Below, in pieces: positions 50,333 to 63,135 of a stretch of 64,000 nucleotides of DNA. Both the position numbers and the translations under genes were made by a program. Below the pieces are notes generated by a model, which saw nothing but the letters and a program-made list of their open reading frames with translations, had not been told where the DNA came from and did not search any database. This DNA comes from Mobula hypostoma. Lineage: Eukaryota. The stretch lies in contig NC_086107.1 of assembly GCF_963921235.1 (NCBI RefSeq), positions 109,370,001 through 109,434,000 of the forward strand. Reading direction: 5' to 3'. Position 1 is the stretch's first letter; every line of letters starts with the position of its first letter.

Positions 50333-51726
50333 GTGAGAGAGAGCCTCTCCTGGCATATTTGAAACTTAATCATTTAAAATGATTTGAATCACTGAACATT
50401 TTCCTTCAAGGTGAATGTGTGTCAAGTGTACCCTCTGCAGATGTATACTATGTGTGTGGATGATGAACTGTATACTGACTGGATGAACCAGACAGTTTTC
50501 CTCTGATTTTGGTTCCTCACTGTCGATTTGGCTTTGTCCTTGTCCTAAAAGTATTGTATGGCCCATTTAAGCTATTCTGCAACTGAAACATCATCCCTCT
50601 GGTATTTCTGTATTGGACTGATTATATTACTTTCCTGACCACCCGTGTTTTTTAAAAAATTTGTCAAAAATCGCCTGTGCTGTGTAGGTTTTCACATACA
50701 TAACTTCACTATTAATATTGAATCCTGCTAAGTCTTGCAGTCTTGAGTTTTTCTTTCCCCATACTGACTTCTACCAAGCCTATTTAATTTCACACCAATA
50801 TTTTCACTGCCTGATGTGCATTACTGATTAAACATCACTTTGTTTTCATGAACCTTATGGCATCAGCTTTGTTAAATGGGTCTGTGTAAATGTAGGCTTT
50901 CCTCTTAATAAAAGTAACACATATAACCATGGGCACGTGACCAAGTGGTTAAGGCATTCGACTAGCGATCTGAAGGCCATGAGTTCGAGCCCCAGCCAAG
51001 GCAACGTGTTGTGTCCTTGAGCAAGGCACATAATCACACATTACTCTGCGACGACACTGGTGCCAAGCTGTATGGGTCCTAATGCCCTTCCCTTGGACAA
51101 CATCAGTAGCATGGAGAGAGGAGACTTGCAGCATGGGCAACTGCCTGTCTTCCATACAACCTTGCCCTGGAGAGTGAAGATGTTCCAGGCGCAGATCCAT
51201 GGTCTCGCAAGACTAACGGATGCCTCAAAAAAAACTATAAAACCATAAGATGTAGAAGAATTAGGTCATTTGGCCATCCAGTTGGCTCCACCATTCCATC
51301 ATGGCTGATTTATTATCCCTCTCAACCCCATTCTCCTGCCTTCTCCCTGTAACCTGTACTGATCAAGAACCTATCAACCTCCACTTTAAATATACCCAAT
51401 AACTTGGCCTTCACAGCTGTTTCTGTGGTAACAAATACCACAGATTCGACATCCACTGGCTAATGAAATTCCCCTTACCTCTGTTCTGAAGCATTGTCCT
51501 TGCAATCTGAGGCTGTGCCCTCTGGTCCTAGACTACCCGTCCGTAGCTGAAATCCTCTCCTTGTCCACTCTCTCTAGGCCTTTCAGTATTCAATAGGCAT
51601 TCTATTTGTTCAGTGATTCACGAGCCCTTTCTTTAAAACCTGTGCAATGGTAGAATTGTGACACTGCTGAAATATCTTTAACGTGGGCTTTTAATTTATT
51701 TTTGTTGTCCTTTGCCCTGCATGCAG

Positions 51727-51878
51727 GGAAGAGATCGAGAAACAGCAAGCTCGGGAACGGTACATGAAACTCCACCTCGAAGGGAAGACCGAGCAGGCAC
51801 GGGCTGACCTGGCGCGGCTTGCAATCATCCGGAAGCAGCGGGAAGATGCCGCCAGGAAGCGTGAGCATGAGAAAAAAC
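51727..51878 (+). CDS. PDAP1: PDAP1-like exon 5
   Basis: Acceptor catgcag|G, donor C|gttagt. Translates [50 protein letters not shown]. Confidence 0.96.
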
Positions 51879-52735
51879 GTTAGTGGCGAGGTCGAATGTA
51901 TGATCATTTGTCAGCTCTGAGCTCTGTTTTCCTTAATTTTACCTCTTTCTGACTTTTAGTGTGTTTTAACGCTTTCATAGGCCTGATCAGTGTTAAGCTG
52001 GACTAGTGATATAGCTGGGTTCCAGTGGCTTGACGGTTAGTGATGGGGGGCAGAGTTGGTCAACGGGGGTGGGCAGGTATTTTCCAGTCAACCCATTAAA
52101 TAAAACACATGTCTGCAGATTGGGGAATCTGGGGCAACAAACAAGCCCCCTTGACCTGCTGAGCTCCTGCAACAAGTAACTTATTGGACCATTAAATTTA
52201 AAGGAACTATGTGGAAACAACTGGAAGCTATCAGGGAGCAGAGGAACTAGGGCCCAAGCAAGTGGGAAGGGAACTGTCCCTGGTATATTAATGAGAGTAT
52301 GGAACAGCAGTAGGAAGTGCCACATCTTTAAGATTTCTGACTAGTTGGAAAGAAAATGGTTGAGGATTTCCTGAGAATGGTATAGTCTGCAGAGTGGATG
52401 TGGAGAGGATGTTTCCTATGGTAGGGGAGTCTTAAGACCATAGGACACAACTATAGAATAGAATCCTTTTAGGATGGAGATGAGAAATTTCTTTAGGCAG
52501 AGAATGGTGAATCTGTGGAATTTGTTGCCTCAGGTAGCTGTGGAGACCAAGTCATTGGGTATATTTAAGGCAGAGGTTGGTAGATTTTTGATTAGTCAGG
52601 GCATGAAGGGGTGCTGAAAGGGAAAATGGGTCAGTCATGATGAAATAGCGGAGCAGACTCAATGGGCCAAATGGCTCAATTTTGCTCCTATATCTGATGG
52701 TCTTATAACTCATATATTCCACTTTCTTTCTGCAG

Positions 52736-52755
52736 TGAAAGAGGCAAAGGCCTAG
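52736..52755 (+). CDS. PDAP1: PDAP1-like exon 6, coding part (LKEAKA*)
   Basis: Acceptor actttctttctgcag|TG in phase 1; TAG at 52753-52755. The spliced CDS totals 459 nt (152 aa plus stop). Confidence 0.8.
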
Positions 52756-55700
52756 CACCAAATCTGCCCAACAGAATCATCTGGAAACCTGGAAGGGACA
52801 TTCAGCCCATCTGCTCTTGCACAACTCATCTCCTCCTCACCATCCAATGCAAACAACAAGACAAAAAAAAACTACCCATCACATCGACACATCTCGCCTG
52901 CATTCAGCGCACAGCCAGAGGGGAAAATCTGCCTTCTGAATTTGTACTCTTCCAATAACCAAGAATAAACAAGGTGTTTTTTTTTAAAAATCCGGCTGTG
53001 TGCTTTCAGAAGCACCGTTCGGCATTCTGTGCATGAAGACTGAAAAGACTTGTGAATGTTTAACGTGTGCTGTGGTCTACTGGCACTAGACAGAGGTTCA
53101 AGTAAGGAAAGTGACTCTGGGTGGTAATCTCCCTGTTACCCAGATCTTGCTCCAGTTAGGAACAGGCCCTTTAAGTACTGAGGTATATAGTCCTCACAAC
53201 TCCTTAAGATCTGTTTTTTTTAAAAAAATCATAAGCAGATTATATCTCAGATTATTTTGTTCGGTTTCCACAAGTGTTCCAAAGGGTGGAGAGTGGAGGT
53301 GCACCTTGAGGGGAATGGGATGCAAGTGAGATCCACTTGGAAGGTGTATGGAAGACAAACGAGAGCTTGAGGAGATGGCGTGGTTAAGGATATAATTGAT
53401 ACTGCAGAAGCTGGGGAATGTTTCAAATTGCCACTTTATTGTGAATTGTAAGCATTGCCTATGGTCCAGGTGGCTCTACGTACTCTTAATGCCACCTCCT
53501 GATGTCATCTTTTTCAGACCCCAGGTGTGATTATCTTCCCTTTATTTCTTGCTCTCCTTGTATCAAATATTTGCTATAATAGGTTTTTTTGAGAGCTCTG
53601 GTTAACGGTGCTGCAAGCTGATAATAAAACCACCCAGCCTCAAAAAAAAATTTAGTAATTTTTTCTTGCATAAATTTTAAGCTTGTTATAATAGAGAAGT
53701 TTGGCTCTTCCCTTGGGCATTTAACTCCCAGAATCATATCTGCCTTATTTTTTTGTACGTTTATGTTTGCATCTTTATAATTTTTGGAGTGTGAGAAATT
53801 AGTAGAAATGTTTAATTCTGATGGAAAACCAAAGTAGAAACTTTTGCAAATTCCTAAATTCTATTCTACCATTGGCTGACCTGGTCTGTGTTGGGTTTAT
53901 GGAGGGGAGATGCGTGGGGGTTTGGAGGAATGCTGTTATTCTTAGGAGGTATCAAATTAGTATCGAGTTTTCTTCTGTTTGGAGGGGGCAAAATAAATTG
54001 CCAGAAGTTTTACTGCTGATCTCCATTATCCGGGGAGTTTAGAAGAAAATGCAGCTGTGCAGTGGTTGGTTGTGTGCACCTCTTCCTTTCAACCACTGTC
54101 CTATTCCCCCTATCAGATCCATGGTCTTGTGCTGGGTTGGCTGTGGTAAGAAGAAGGACAGTTCTAACTGGCACCCATTTTATTTCAGTCCACACTCAGA
54201 GAGTGTAGGTTTGTTGGCATAAGTATTGATGCAAAAAGTTTGGAATTGTAATGGGTGCACCTAGTGCATGCATTGAAAGTTTGGCTTTTTCCTCAAATGG
54301 ACTTTGGCTCAACCTTTGCATTTCCAGCAACTTTTATTTCTTGGTAACTTTGCCGGCTCATCAGTAAGATTCCCAATAGCTTTACTTTGCATTTAAACCT
54401 GAAATTAAGGTAAGCAAAGTGGAATCTGATTTATTCCACTAACATTTAACAGCAAATATTATCTCCTTTTCCAGATTAATGTTTGGTATGTCAATGTCCG
54501 TATGTTAAGGTCTTGTTTCACCCCTGTCTCCGTCCTAAGCAAATCCCATGTCCCTGTAAACAAAAATACAGTCCATTTGAGATTTGGTAGATCACAGCTA
54601 ACCTGCAGTGGATCCCAACATGTTCCATTTTCCCTGTTTGTGAGAACTGGAGATAGTGATTCAGTGTCTGAGATCAACATACCTAAGAACATTTGAACCT
54701 AAACCTGAAGGTGGGAGAGGTAAGAATGATTGCTTTGTCTGCCTTTCTCCCCTTTGGAATCCGTGCAGTCCTACCCCACATCCAGCTTCACTGAGCATCT
54801 ACTGTGCTCAAGGAATTGGGAAGATTATTATTCCATCTACCATACTGCGGACAGGAAAACTTGTGAAATATCCCTGGCCTCTGCAATCCCATATTAATAA
54901 TCTGCTGTTTGTGTGGAATGACTGGTATTGATCTTGGTACCCTCTTACACTGCTCTGTAGTTCTACCCCTTAATGTGATTGGAGCACAATCTTTGTTCAA
55001 GTCATGAACCCAGCCTTCCATGTGGTGTATTTGGGTTGGAAATACTGCCTGAAGTCCCTTTATCATTTTGATTTCTGTAGTATCTTGTATCCATTTGAGT
55101 TGAGAATCTGGTATTACCTTAGGTAAGGTGAGCCTCATTTCAGACTGAGGCGCTAACTTGCAAATGCTTCTAATGCCTAAAGCACATAGAACTTCATTTA
55201 TATTCCACGTTATCTCACAATCATAAGGGAAGCACTGGGCTGCATCTACTGGATTAGGGTTTGAAGTTTCCACTGGTTTCAGTTGTTAATTCAAGATCTG
55301 CCAATTCTTTTCACTTTCTTTCAAGCAGCTAGCTGTGCTTTAGACCCTTCAACGCCTGCACTTTTGGAGGTAGTGCTTTGAAAATTTTCTGGTTTTTTTT
55401 AAGGCATGGAAAGTAGATTACAGTTACCTTGAAATCTTGTGTTAGGATTGTGAAAGAGGTGCCAGACTTCTATTGGGGTTGAATTCAAGCAAAAATACTA
55501 ATATTGATTTCACTTATAGTGAAATGGCTAATATATCAACTCACTTGGTCACCCTTTTGAGCATCTACACAAACCCCCTTCAGTATCTTGGGCTATAACC
55601 AACATAGATAATCTTCAGTGTAACAAGTTAATCAGCTATTGAGATTTCAAGTCAGTACCCTAGGATTAGCAAGCATCCTGACTGAAACCCTTCAACAATC

Positions 55701-55790
55701 TTTCATCAAGACATAATCACAGGGTTTAAAGAATTTTTTTTAAAATTTAAATTGCAATAAAATCTCTAGAAGGAGTTGCCATTTGTCTTG
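52756..55790 (+). other. Long 3' UTR of the PDAP1-like gene
   Basis: About 3 kb with no recognisable repeat. AATAAA at 52964 (proximal) and 55756-55761 (distal, followed by T/GT-rich sequence); repeats resume near 55950. Confidence 0.6.
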
Positions 55791-58050
55791 TTTTCTTTAA
55801 ATAGGATCATCCTAATCCATTCATGAACTTTACTTCTACAACTATGGTCGTAGTAATGGCCAGCTATACCAAAACTTGTGTTAATCCCTGCATAGCTTTG
55901 CCCCTTGAAATCTCCACAGCTTTCTCAAACCTTCTGTTGGCTTGAACAAAGCTCAAAGTAAATTTATTACCTAAGTACGTGTATGTCATCGTATACAACC
56001 CTGAGATTCATTGTCTTGTGGGCATCCTCAATAAATCCATCAAATAATACAGAATCAATGAAAGACTGCACCAACTTGGGCATTCAACCAATGTACAAAA
56101 GACTATGAACTGCAAATACAAAAATAAGAAAGAAAGAATAAGTAAGTAAGTAAATAAATAAATAAATAAGCAATAAATATCGAGAACCTGAGATGAAGTG
56201 CCCTTGAAAGTGAGTCCCTAGATTGTGGAATCAGTTCAGTAATGAAGCGAGTGAAGTTGTCCCATTTGGTTCAAGAGCCTAATGGTTGAGGGATGATAAC
56301 GGTTACTGAGCCCGGTGTGCAAGGGTTGAGGCTAATGTACCATCCTCCTGATGGCAGCAGCAAGAAGGGAGCATCTCCTGGGTGGTGGGGGGCTCTCTGA
56401 GATGTTGCTTTTCTGCAACAGCATTTCATGTAGATGCACTCAATGGTGAATCCCCTTCAATGTTGCATTTCATGGTTAAGTATGAGTGGCTACAAGGGCC
56501 TGGGCCGACTCTCCAGAGCCATATTGAGAGAATGTTGAATCAGCAGAACACTCTCAGGTGATGCCTTAAGTAATGGCACAGTCAGTTAGCTCTTGAGAGG
56601 GAGATAAAGGCTCCTTATTGAGCAGGTTTCAATTCTGGGGAGAAAATGTGATGTAGATGTTAGAGATGTGTGATTCTGCAGCTGCTTCAGCAACATGAAA
56701 TAGTGGAGGAACTCAGCAGGTTGTCAGGATCTAATGAGGGAAATGAAGTTATCTTGGGCCAAGACCCTTCAGGCCCAAAATGTCAACTGTCTATTTTCCT
56801 CCACAGATGTCGGCTAACCTGTTGAGTTTCTTGGGATTTCGTATGGATGTGTGTGTGTGTGTTACATGTTCTTTGGTGGTGAGACCTTGGATTTCTTCTG
56901 TGTACTCCATTTTGAAGGGGTTGTGAAAGATGTGCAATTCAGAATTTCCTTCCTAAAATTCCTTTTTAAACCCCACCTCGGACTAGATCACATCCCCACT
57001 CCCCTCTCATCCACCCATTGTGTCCTACTTCCAAAGTTTGTCTGGTGTTAAAGGTGGTCTCTAAAGGGAAGTTTTTGTTGTGTACATGCCTTGTATTATG
57101 TGTCGGACTGAGCTTGTGGAACTCATCACATGCATGCTACAAACTTGCTTTAAGAGATTATGGTGAGAAGATACAAGCCTAAGAAGGGGACGTCACTAGA
57201 TGGAGCACACTTCAGAAGCTGGCAGCACCTTATAATTGTACATCAAACTATTGTTGAAGTATAAATAGTCTAACCAGGATCCTTTGGTTATTTCCCATTG
57301 ACATCGCTATATCAACACTTGACCTATGAGTGAGAAGTTGGGCATCATATCACTTTCTAAGTTCAGATACCTGCCGATTAAATCGTACAGCATTTTGCGT
57401 GCCCCAATTTCTTATTCTGACTTCTTACCCCCACTCCCCTTCCTTTCCAGTCCTGATAGAAGGGTCTTGACCCGAAGCTTCAACCATCTATTCTTCTCGA
57501 TCAGGGGTTCCCAACCTGGGTCTGTGGACCCCTCGATTAATGGTAGGGGTCCATGATACTACTTTCAAAAAAAAAAGCTGGGAGACCCTGCTCGCTGACC
57601 TGAGTTCTTCCAGTATTTTGTATGTGTGTCTGTCGCATTAAATCAACTTGCTTTCCCTGCATTTACTGTAACTACGTTGCTCATCTGTCAACTGGGAGGA
57701 TATTTGAAGATTTACTAATAATCGGTTTGAAGCAAATTCTTACCACTGAATGGCAGAATTACTGGAAATATCTGGGCAAAGGTTGAGACAAAGTCATCTG
57801 ATCAATACTGAAAATGTTGTGGAGCCCCTTGTGTCCTCTTTCTTACTACTGCAGTAATGACAATGTTTCACTCATCCATCCTCACTTGTGTGGAAAACTT
57901 TTTGCATAAGTAGAAACATCGTACATTTACAGAATCCTCATAGACTAATTGTCTCCAAACCAGCAATAATAAACGGTTCTTAACTTGCATTTATCTCATT
58001 TCTTGATTATGTGTATCCTCTGGGCGAAAAAATACTGTGTACTCTTAACC

Positions 58051-58253
58051 AACACACATCAAAGTTGCTGGTGAACGCAACAGGCCAGGCAGCATCTCTA
58101 AGAAGAGATACAGTTGACGTTTCAGGCCAAGACCCTTTGTCAGGACTCGAAGCGTCGACTGTACCTCTTCCTAGAGATGCTGCCTGGCCTGCTGCGTTCA
58201 CCAGCAACTTTGATGTGTGTTGCTTGAATTTCCAACATCTGCAGAATTCCTCG
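58051..58253. mobile_element. Inverted pair of Penelope termini inserted as one unit
   Basis: 58050-58120 is the reverse complement of about 58155-58222. Flanks tgtgtactcttaacc (58036-58050) / tgtgtactctaacc (58254-58267). Confidence 0.85.
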
Positions 58254-60449
58254 TGTGTACTCTAACCATTTGACTTTTAATCTAGCTCTCACATTGCTGT
58301 ACTGTGGGAGTAGAAAGAAACAGGCTCCTCGGCTCATCTTTGTCATGCTAAACAAATTGCCTACCTCAGCTAGTCCAATCTGCTTGCATTTAACCTTTTC
58401 TTCCTGGTTACCCTTTTGCTTTTCAGAATCTAAGAATTTTCCTTTACCTTATCTGCCAAAGTTATCTCATGTCCTCTTTCTCTTCTCCCCAGATTAAGTG
58501 TACACCCAACAACCTTTGCACTGGGCATTCAGTTGAATCCAGCTGGCTTTTTTTCCTGTCAGGACCTTAATGTCCTCGCCTGCCAGATTTCGCTAATCCT
58601 GCCACACTTGCCCTTCACTGTAACGGGAACATGCTGGCTGTTCCTCCTCCCTAATCTACCTTTAAAAGCCTCCAACTTGCCAAGTCCTTGCAAGCAGCCG
58701 GTCTTGATCCACATTTGCAAACTTCTGTCTAATGCCATCAAATTTAGACTGTGGTCCAGTTTATTGTAACTCTTAAAGCTAATAGAATTATGGTCACTGA
58801 GCCCAAAGTTCTTCCCCCACTGACACTTCAGTCACTTGCCCTGTGTCAGTTTTCTAATGGGAGGTCCAGACCCACCCACTCTCTTGATAGCCTATCTACG
58901 TAATACTTGAGAAAACGTCTGTGACCACACTTAAATTTGGCCCCATCCAAGCCCTTTGTTAATATTTGTTCATTATGTGCCGTGTTGTATTACGTGGACA
59001 ATTATGAGCTTTACATGATCATGATTGTCCTTGGCAATTTTTTTTTTGCAGAAGTGGTTTGCTATTGCTGCCTTCTAGGAAGTGTCTTCACAAGAGGGGT
59101 TTCCACGGCCATTATCAATACTCTTCAAAGATTGTCTGCCTGGTGTCAGTGGTTGCATAACCAGAACTTGTGATATGCACCAGCTGCTTATCCAACCTTG
59201 ACCCTGATACACCTTGCCCAAGGGTGACCGACTGGCTAACGAAAGGAAGGAGCAGCTAACATCTTTGGTAGAGACATATCTCCACCACACCACCTAATAC
59301 CAGGAAAGTCAAAATCACCTATTACAGTGCTATTATTCTTGCAGGTATATATATAGTAAAGGTCACTCATCTGAGTGCTACTGGTACCATGTAACCCAGT
59401 ACTACCTGTCACATGGTCAGGTGGTCGGCGACTAAACCAGCTCCCCCACCAGGCTTGCCTGGTGAGGAGGGTGGCTAGACACCCTGCAGGATGAAAGACA
59501 AGACCTGTCAAAGGGCGGATGAACCCTCTCGTAGGGTCAACGCCCATCTAGCAAACACGTGCCGTGAAGTGCGGAAAGGGCATCCCTTGCATCGAAGCTT
59601 GGTCTGGCCATTCACTGCAACAGATCTTCCCCCAGCCGTCTTGGACCCCACCATCCTGCTGGATCCGGGAGGGGATGTGGAGAGGGTGGGTCTGGACCCG
59701 TGCAAACCCCCTACTCACCTAAAATCCATTCACGCACACGCCGTTCCTTTCTGAGGAGTGGGGTCAACCCCACTAACTGACTGAAAGGAACCATCATCAT
59801 TCTATGGGATGGATAGCCAGAGATATACAGTAACAGTATAGTAATACTATTAAGATTCCCAATAGCTATGAAGTAGGCAAGCCAGAATATATTTCATTCA
59901 GAGTTTGAAGAGATTTAGTTTGTCAACTAAAACACTCAAACTTCTACAAATATGCTGTGGAGAGCTTTCTAACTGTCAGGCAGATCAGTTTGACGTGGGG
60001 GGTGAGCCACCGCACAAGATCGAAGTAAGTTGCAGAAACTCATAAAGTTAGTCAGCTCCATCATGGGTACTAGCCTTCGTAGTATCTAGGACATCTTCAA
60101 GGAGCGGTGCTTTAGAATGGTGGCGTCCAAAATTTAAAAACCCCCACCACCCAGGGCATACCCTCTTATCATTGCTACCATCAGGAAGGAGGTACAGAAG
60201 CCTGAAGGCACACACTCCATGATTCAGGAACAGCTTCTTCCCCTCTGCCATTTTATTTCTGACATTGAACCTATGAACATTACCTCACTACATTTTTTAT
60301 TCCTATTTTTGCACTACTTATTTACAAACATAATTTAATGTGATCCATGGTTTTTTTTCTATTGCATTGTACTACTGCCTCAAAGTCAACAAATTTCCAC
60401 AAGTAACATGCCAGTGATATTCATTCTGATTCTGATAAAACATAGAACG

Positions 60450-63135
60450 TTATAGTCAGAGTCAGATTAGGAAGGCTTTGGCTCAACGGGGCTCCGGCAA
60501 TAGCGTATCGAGGCCAGGTAGGTTGTCTGTGTAGAATACAGACAGGAAGAATCTCTGTGAGGCCGGTGTTCTGTGCTCGGTGTCAGATAGGAAGTCCTGG
60601 AGACTCCCAGCCTCACAGACGGCCACACCTGCGCCAGGTGTGTCGAGTGGCAGCTCCTTAGGGACCGTGCCAGGGAACTGGAGATGCAGCTTGATGACCT
60701 TCGTCTGGTCAGAGAAAGTGAGGAGGTGATAGAGAAGAGCTATAGGCAGGTAGTCACCCCAGGACCTGGGGAGACAGATAAGCAGGTAACAGTCAGGAGA
60801 GGGAAGGGCAGGTGTCAGAGGCTAGATAGCAACCCTGTGGCTGTACCCCTTGACAATAAGTACTCCTGTTTGAGTACTGTTGCGGGGACGGCCTACCTGG
60901 CGGAAACATTAGTGGCCGTGCCTCTGGTACAGAATCTGGCCCTGTGGCTCAGAAGGGTAGGGAAAGGAAGAGGATGGCAACAATGATAGGGGACTCTATA
61001 GTTAGGGGGTCAGACAGGTGATTTTGTGGACGCAGGAAAGAAACACAGATGGTAGTTTGCCTCCCAGGTGCCAGGGTCCGAGATGTTTCTGATCGCGTCC
61101 ACGATATCCTGAAGTGGGAAGGAGAACAGCCAGAGGTCGTGGTACATATTGGTAACAACGACATAGACAAGAAAAGGGAGGAGGTCCTGAAAGCAGACTA
61201 CAGGGATTTAGGAAGGAAGTTGAGAAGCAGGACCACAAAGGTAGTCATCTCGGGATTACTGCCTGTGGCACGTGATAGTGAGTATAGGAATAGAGTGAGA
61301 TGGAGGATAAATGTGTGGCTGAGGGATTAGAGCAGGGGACAGGAATTCAGATTTTTGGATCACTGGAACCTCTTTTGGAGCAGGAGTGGCCTGTACAAAA
61401 AGGACGGGTTGCACTTGAATCCCATGGGGACCAATTTCCTGGCAGGGAGGTTTGCTCAGGGTATTGGGGAAAGTTCAAACTAGGATTGCTGGGGGGTGGG
61501 AACCAAACTGAAGAGACTGGGGAAGAGGAGGTTGGCTCACAAATAGAGAAAGCTTGGAGACAGTGCAAGAGGGAGGATAGGCAGGTGATAGAGAAGGAAC
61601 GCGCTCAGACCAATGGTTTGAGATGTGTCTATTTTAATGCAAGGAGTATTATGAACAAAGCGGATGAGCTTAGAGTGTGAATCAGTACTTGGAGCTATGA
61701 TGTTGTGGCCATTACAGAGACTTGGATGGCTCAGAGGCAGGAATGGTTACTTCAAGCGCCAGGCTTTAGATGTTTCAGAAAGGACAGGGAGGGAGGCAAA
61801 AGAGGTGGGGGTGTGGTACTGTTGATCAGAGATAGTGTCATGGCTGCAGAAAAGGAGGAAGACATGGAGGGATTGTCTACAGAGTCTCTGTGGGTGGAGT
61901 TAGGAACAGAAAGGTGTCAATAATTCTACTGGGTGTTTTTCTAGACCACCCGATAGTAACTGGGACATCGAGGAGCAGACAGGGAGACAGATTCTGGAAA
62001 GGTGCAATAATAACAGGGTTGTCGTGGTGGGAGATTTTAATTTCCCAAATATCGATTGGCATGTCCCTAGAGCAAGAGGTTTAGATGGGGTGGAGTTTGT
62101 TAGGTGTATTCAGGAAGGTTTCTTGACACAATATGTGGATAAGCCTACAAGAGGAGAGGCTGTACTTGATCTGGTATTGGGAAGTGAACCTGGTCAGGTG
62201 TCAGATCTCTCAGTGGGAAAGCATTTTGGAGATAGTGATCACAATTCTATCTCCTTTACCATAGCATTGGAGAGGGACAGGAACAGACAAGTTAGGAAAG
62301 TGTTTAATTGGAGTAAGGGGAAATATGAGGCTATCAGACAGGAACTTGGAAGCATAAATTGGCATCTCAAGGAAATGTACGGAAGAAATGTGGCAAATGT
62401 TCAGGGGATATTTGCATGGAGTTCTGCATAGGTACGTTCCAATGAGACAGGGAAAGGATGGTAGGGTACAGGAACTGTGGTGTACAAAGGTTGTTGTATA
62501 TCTAGTCAAGAAGAAAATAAGAGCTTATGAAAAGTTCAAAGAACTAGGTAATGATAGAGATCTAGAAAATTATAAAGCTAGCAGGAAGGAGCTTAAGAAA
62601 GAAATTAGGAGATTCAGAAGGGGCCATGACAAGGCCTTGGCGGATAGGATTAAGGAAAACCCCAAGACATTCTACAAGTATGTGAAGAGCAAGAAGATAA
62701 GACATGAGAGAATAGGACTAATCAAGTGTGACAGTGGGAAAGAGTGTATGGAACTGGAGGAGATGGCAGAGGTACTTAATGAATTCTTTGCTTCAGTATT
62801 CACTACGGAAAAGGATCTTGGCGATTGTAGGGATGACTTACAGTGGACTGAAAAACTTAGCATGTAGATATTAAGAAAGAGGATGTGCTGGAGCTTTTGG
62901 AAAGCATCGAGTTGACTAAGTCATTGGGACTGGATGAGATGTACCCCAGGCTACTGTGGGAGGCAAGGGAGGAGATTGCTGAGCCTCTGTCAATTATCTT
63001 TGCATCATCAATGGGGACGGGAGAGGTTTCGGAGGATTGGAAGGTTGTGGATGTTGTTCCATTATTCAAGAAAAGGAATAGAGATAGCCCGGGAAATTAT
63101 AGACCAGTGAGTCTCACTTCAGTGGTTGGTAAGTT
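60450..63135 (+). mobile_element. CR1-clade LINE, 5' part: ORF1 (Zn finger, coiled coil, SGNH esterase) and ORF2 endonuclease to RT start, decayed
   Basis: ORF1 motifs CARCQ..HTCARC, IGDSIVRG, CLPGARV and VHIGNND; ORF2 motifs YFNARSI, AITETW, VGDFNFP, SDH and PGNYRPVSLTSVVGK; frameshifts present. Confidence 0.92.

Noticed and set aside
59370..59800. GC-rich hairpin-rich element with (CAT)n end, tested by eye for a ribozyme
   Set aside because: Hairpins only; no complete HDV or hammerhead core. Probably an unclassified retroelement.
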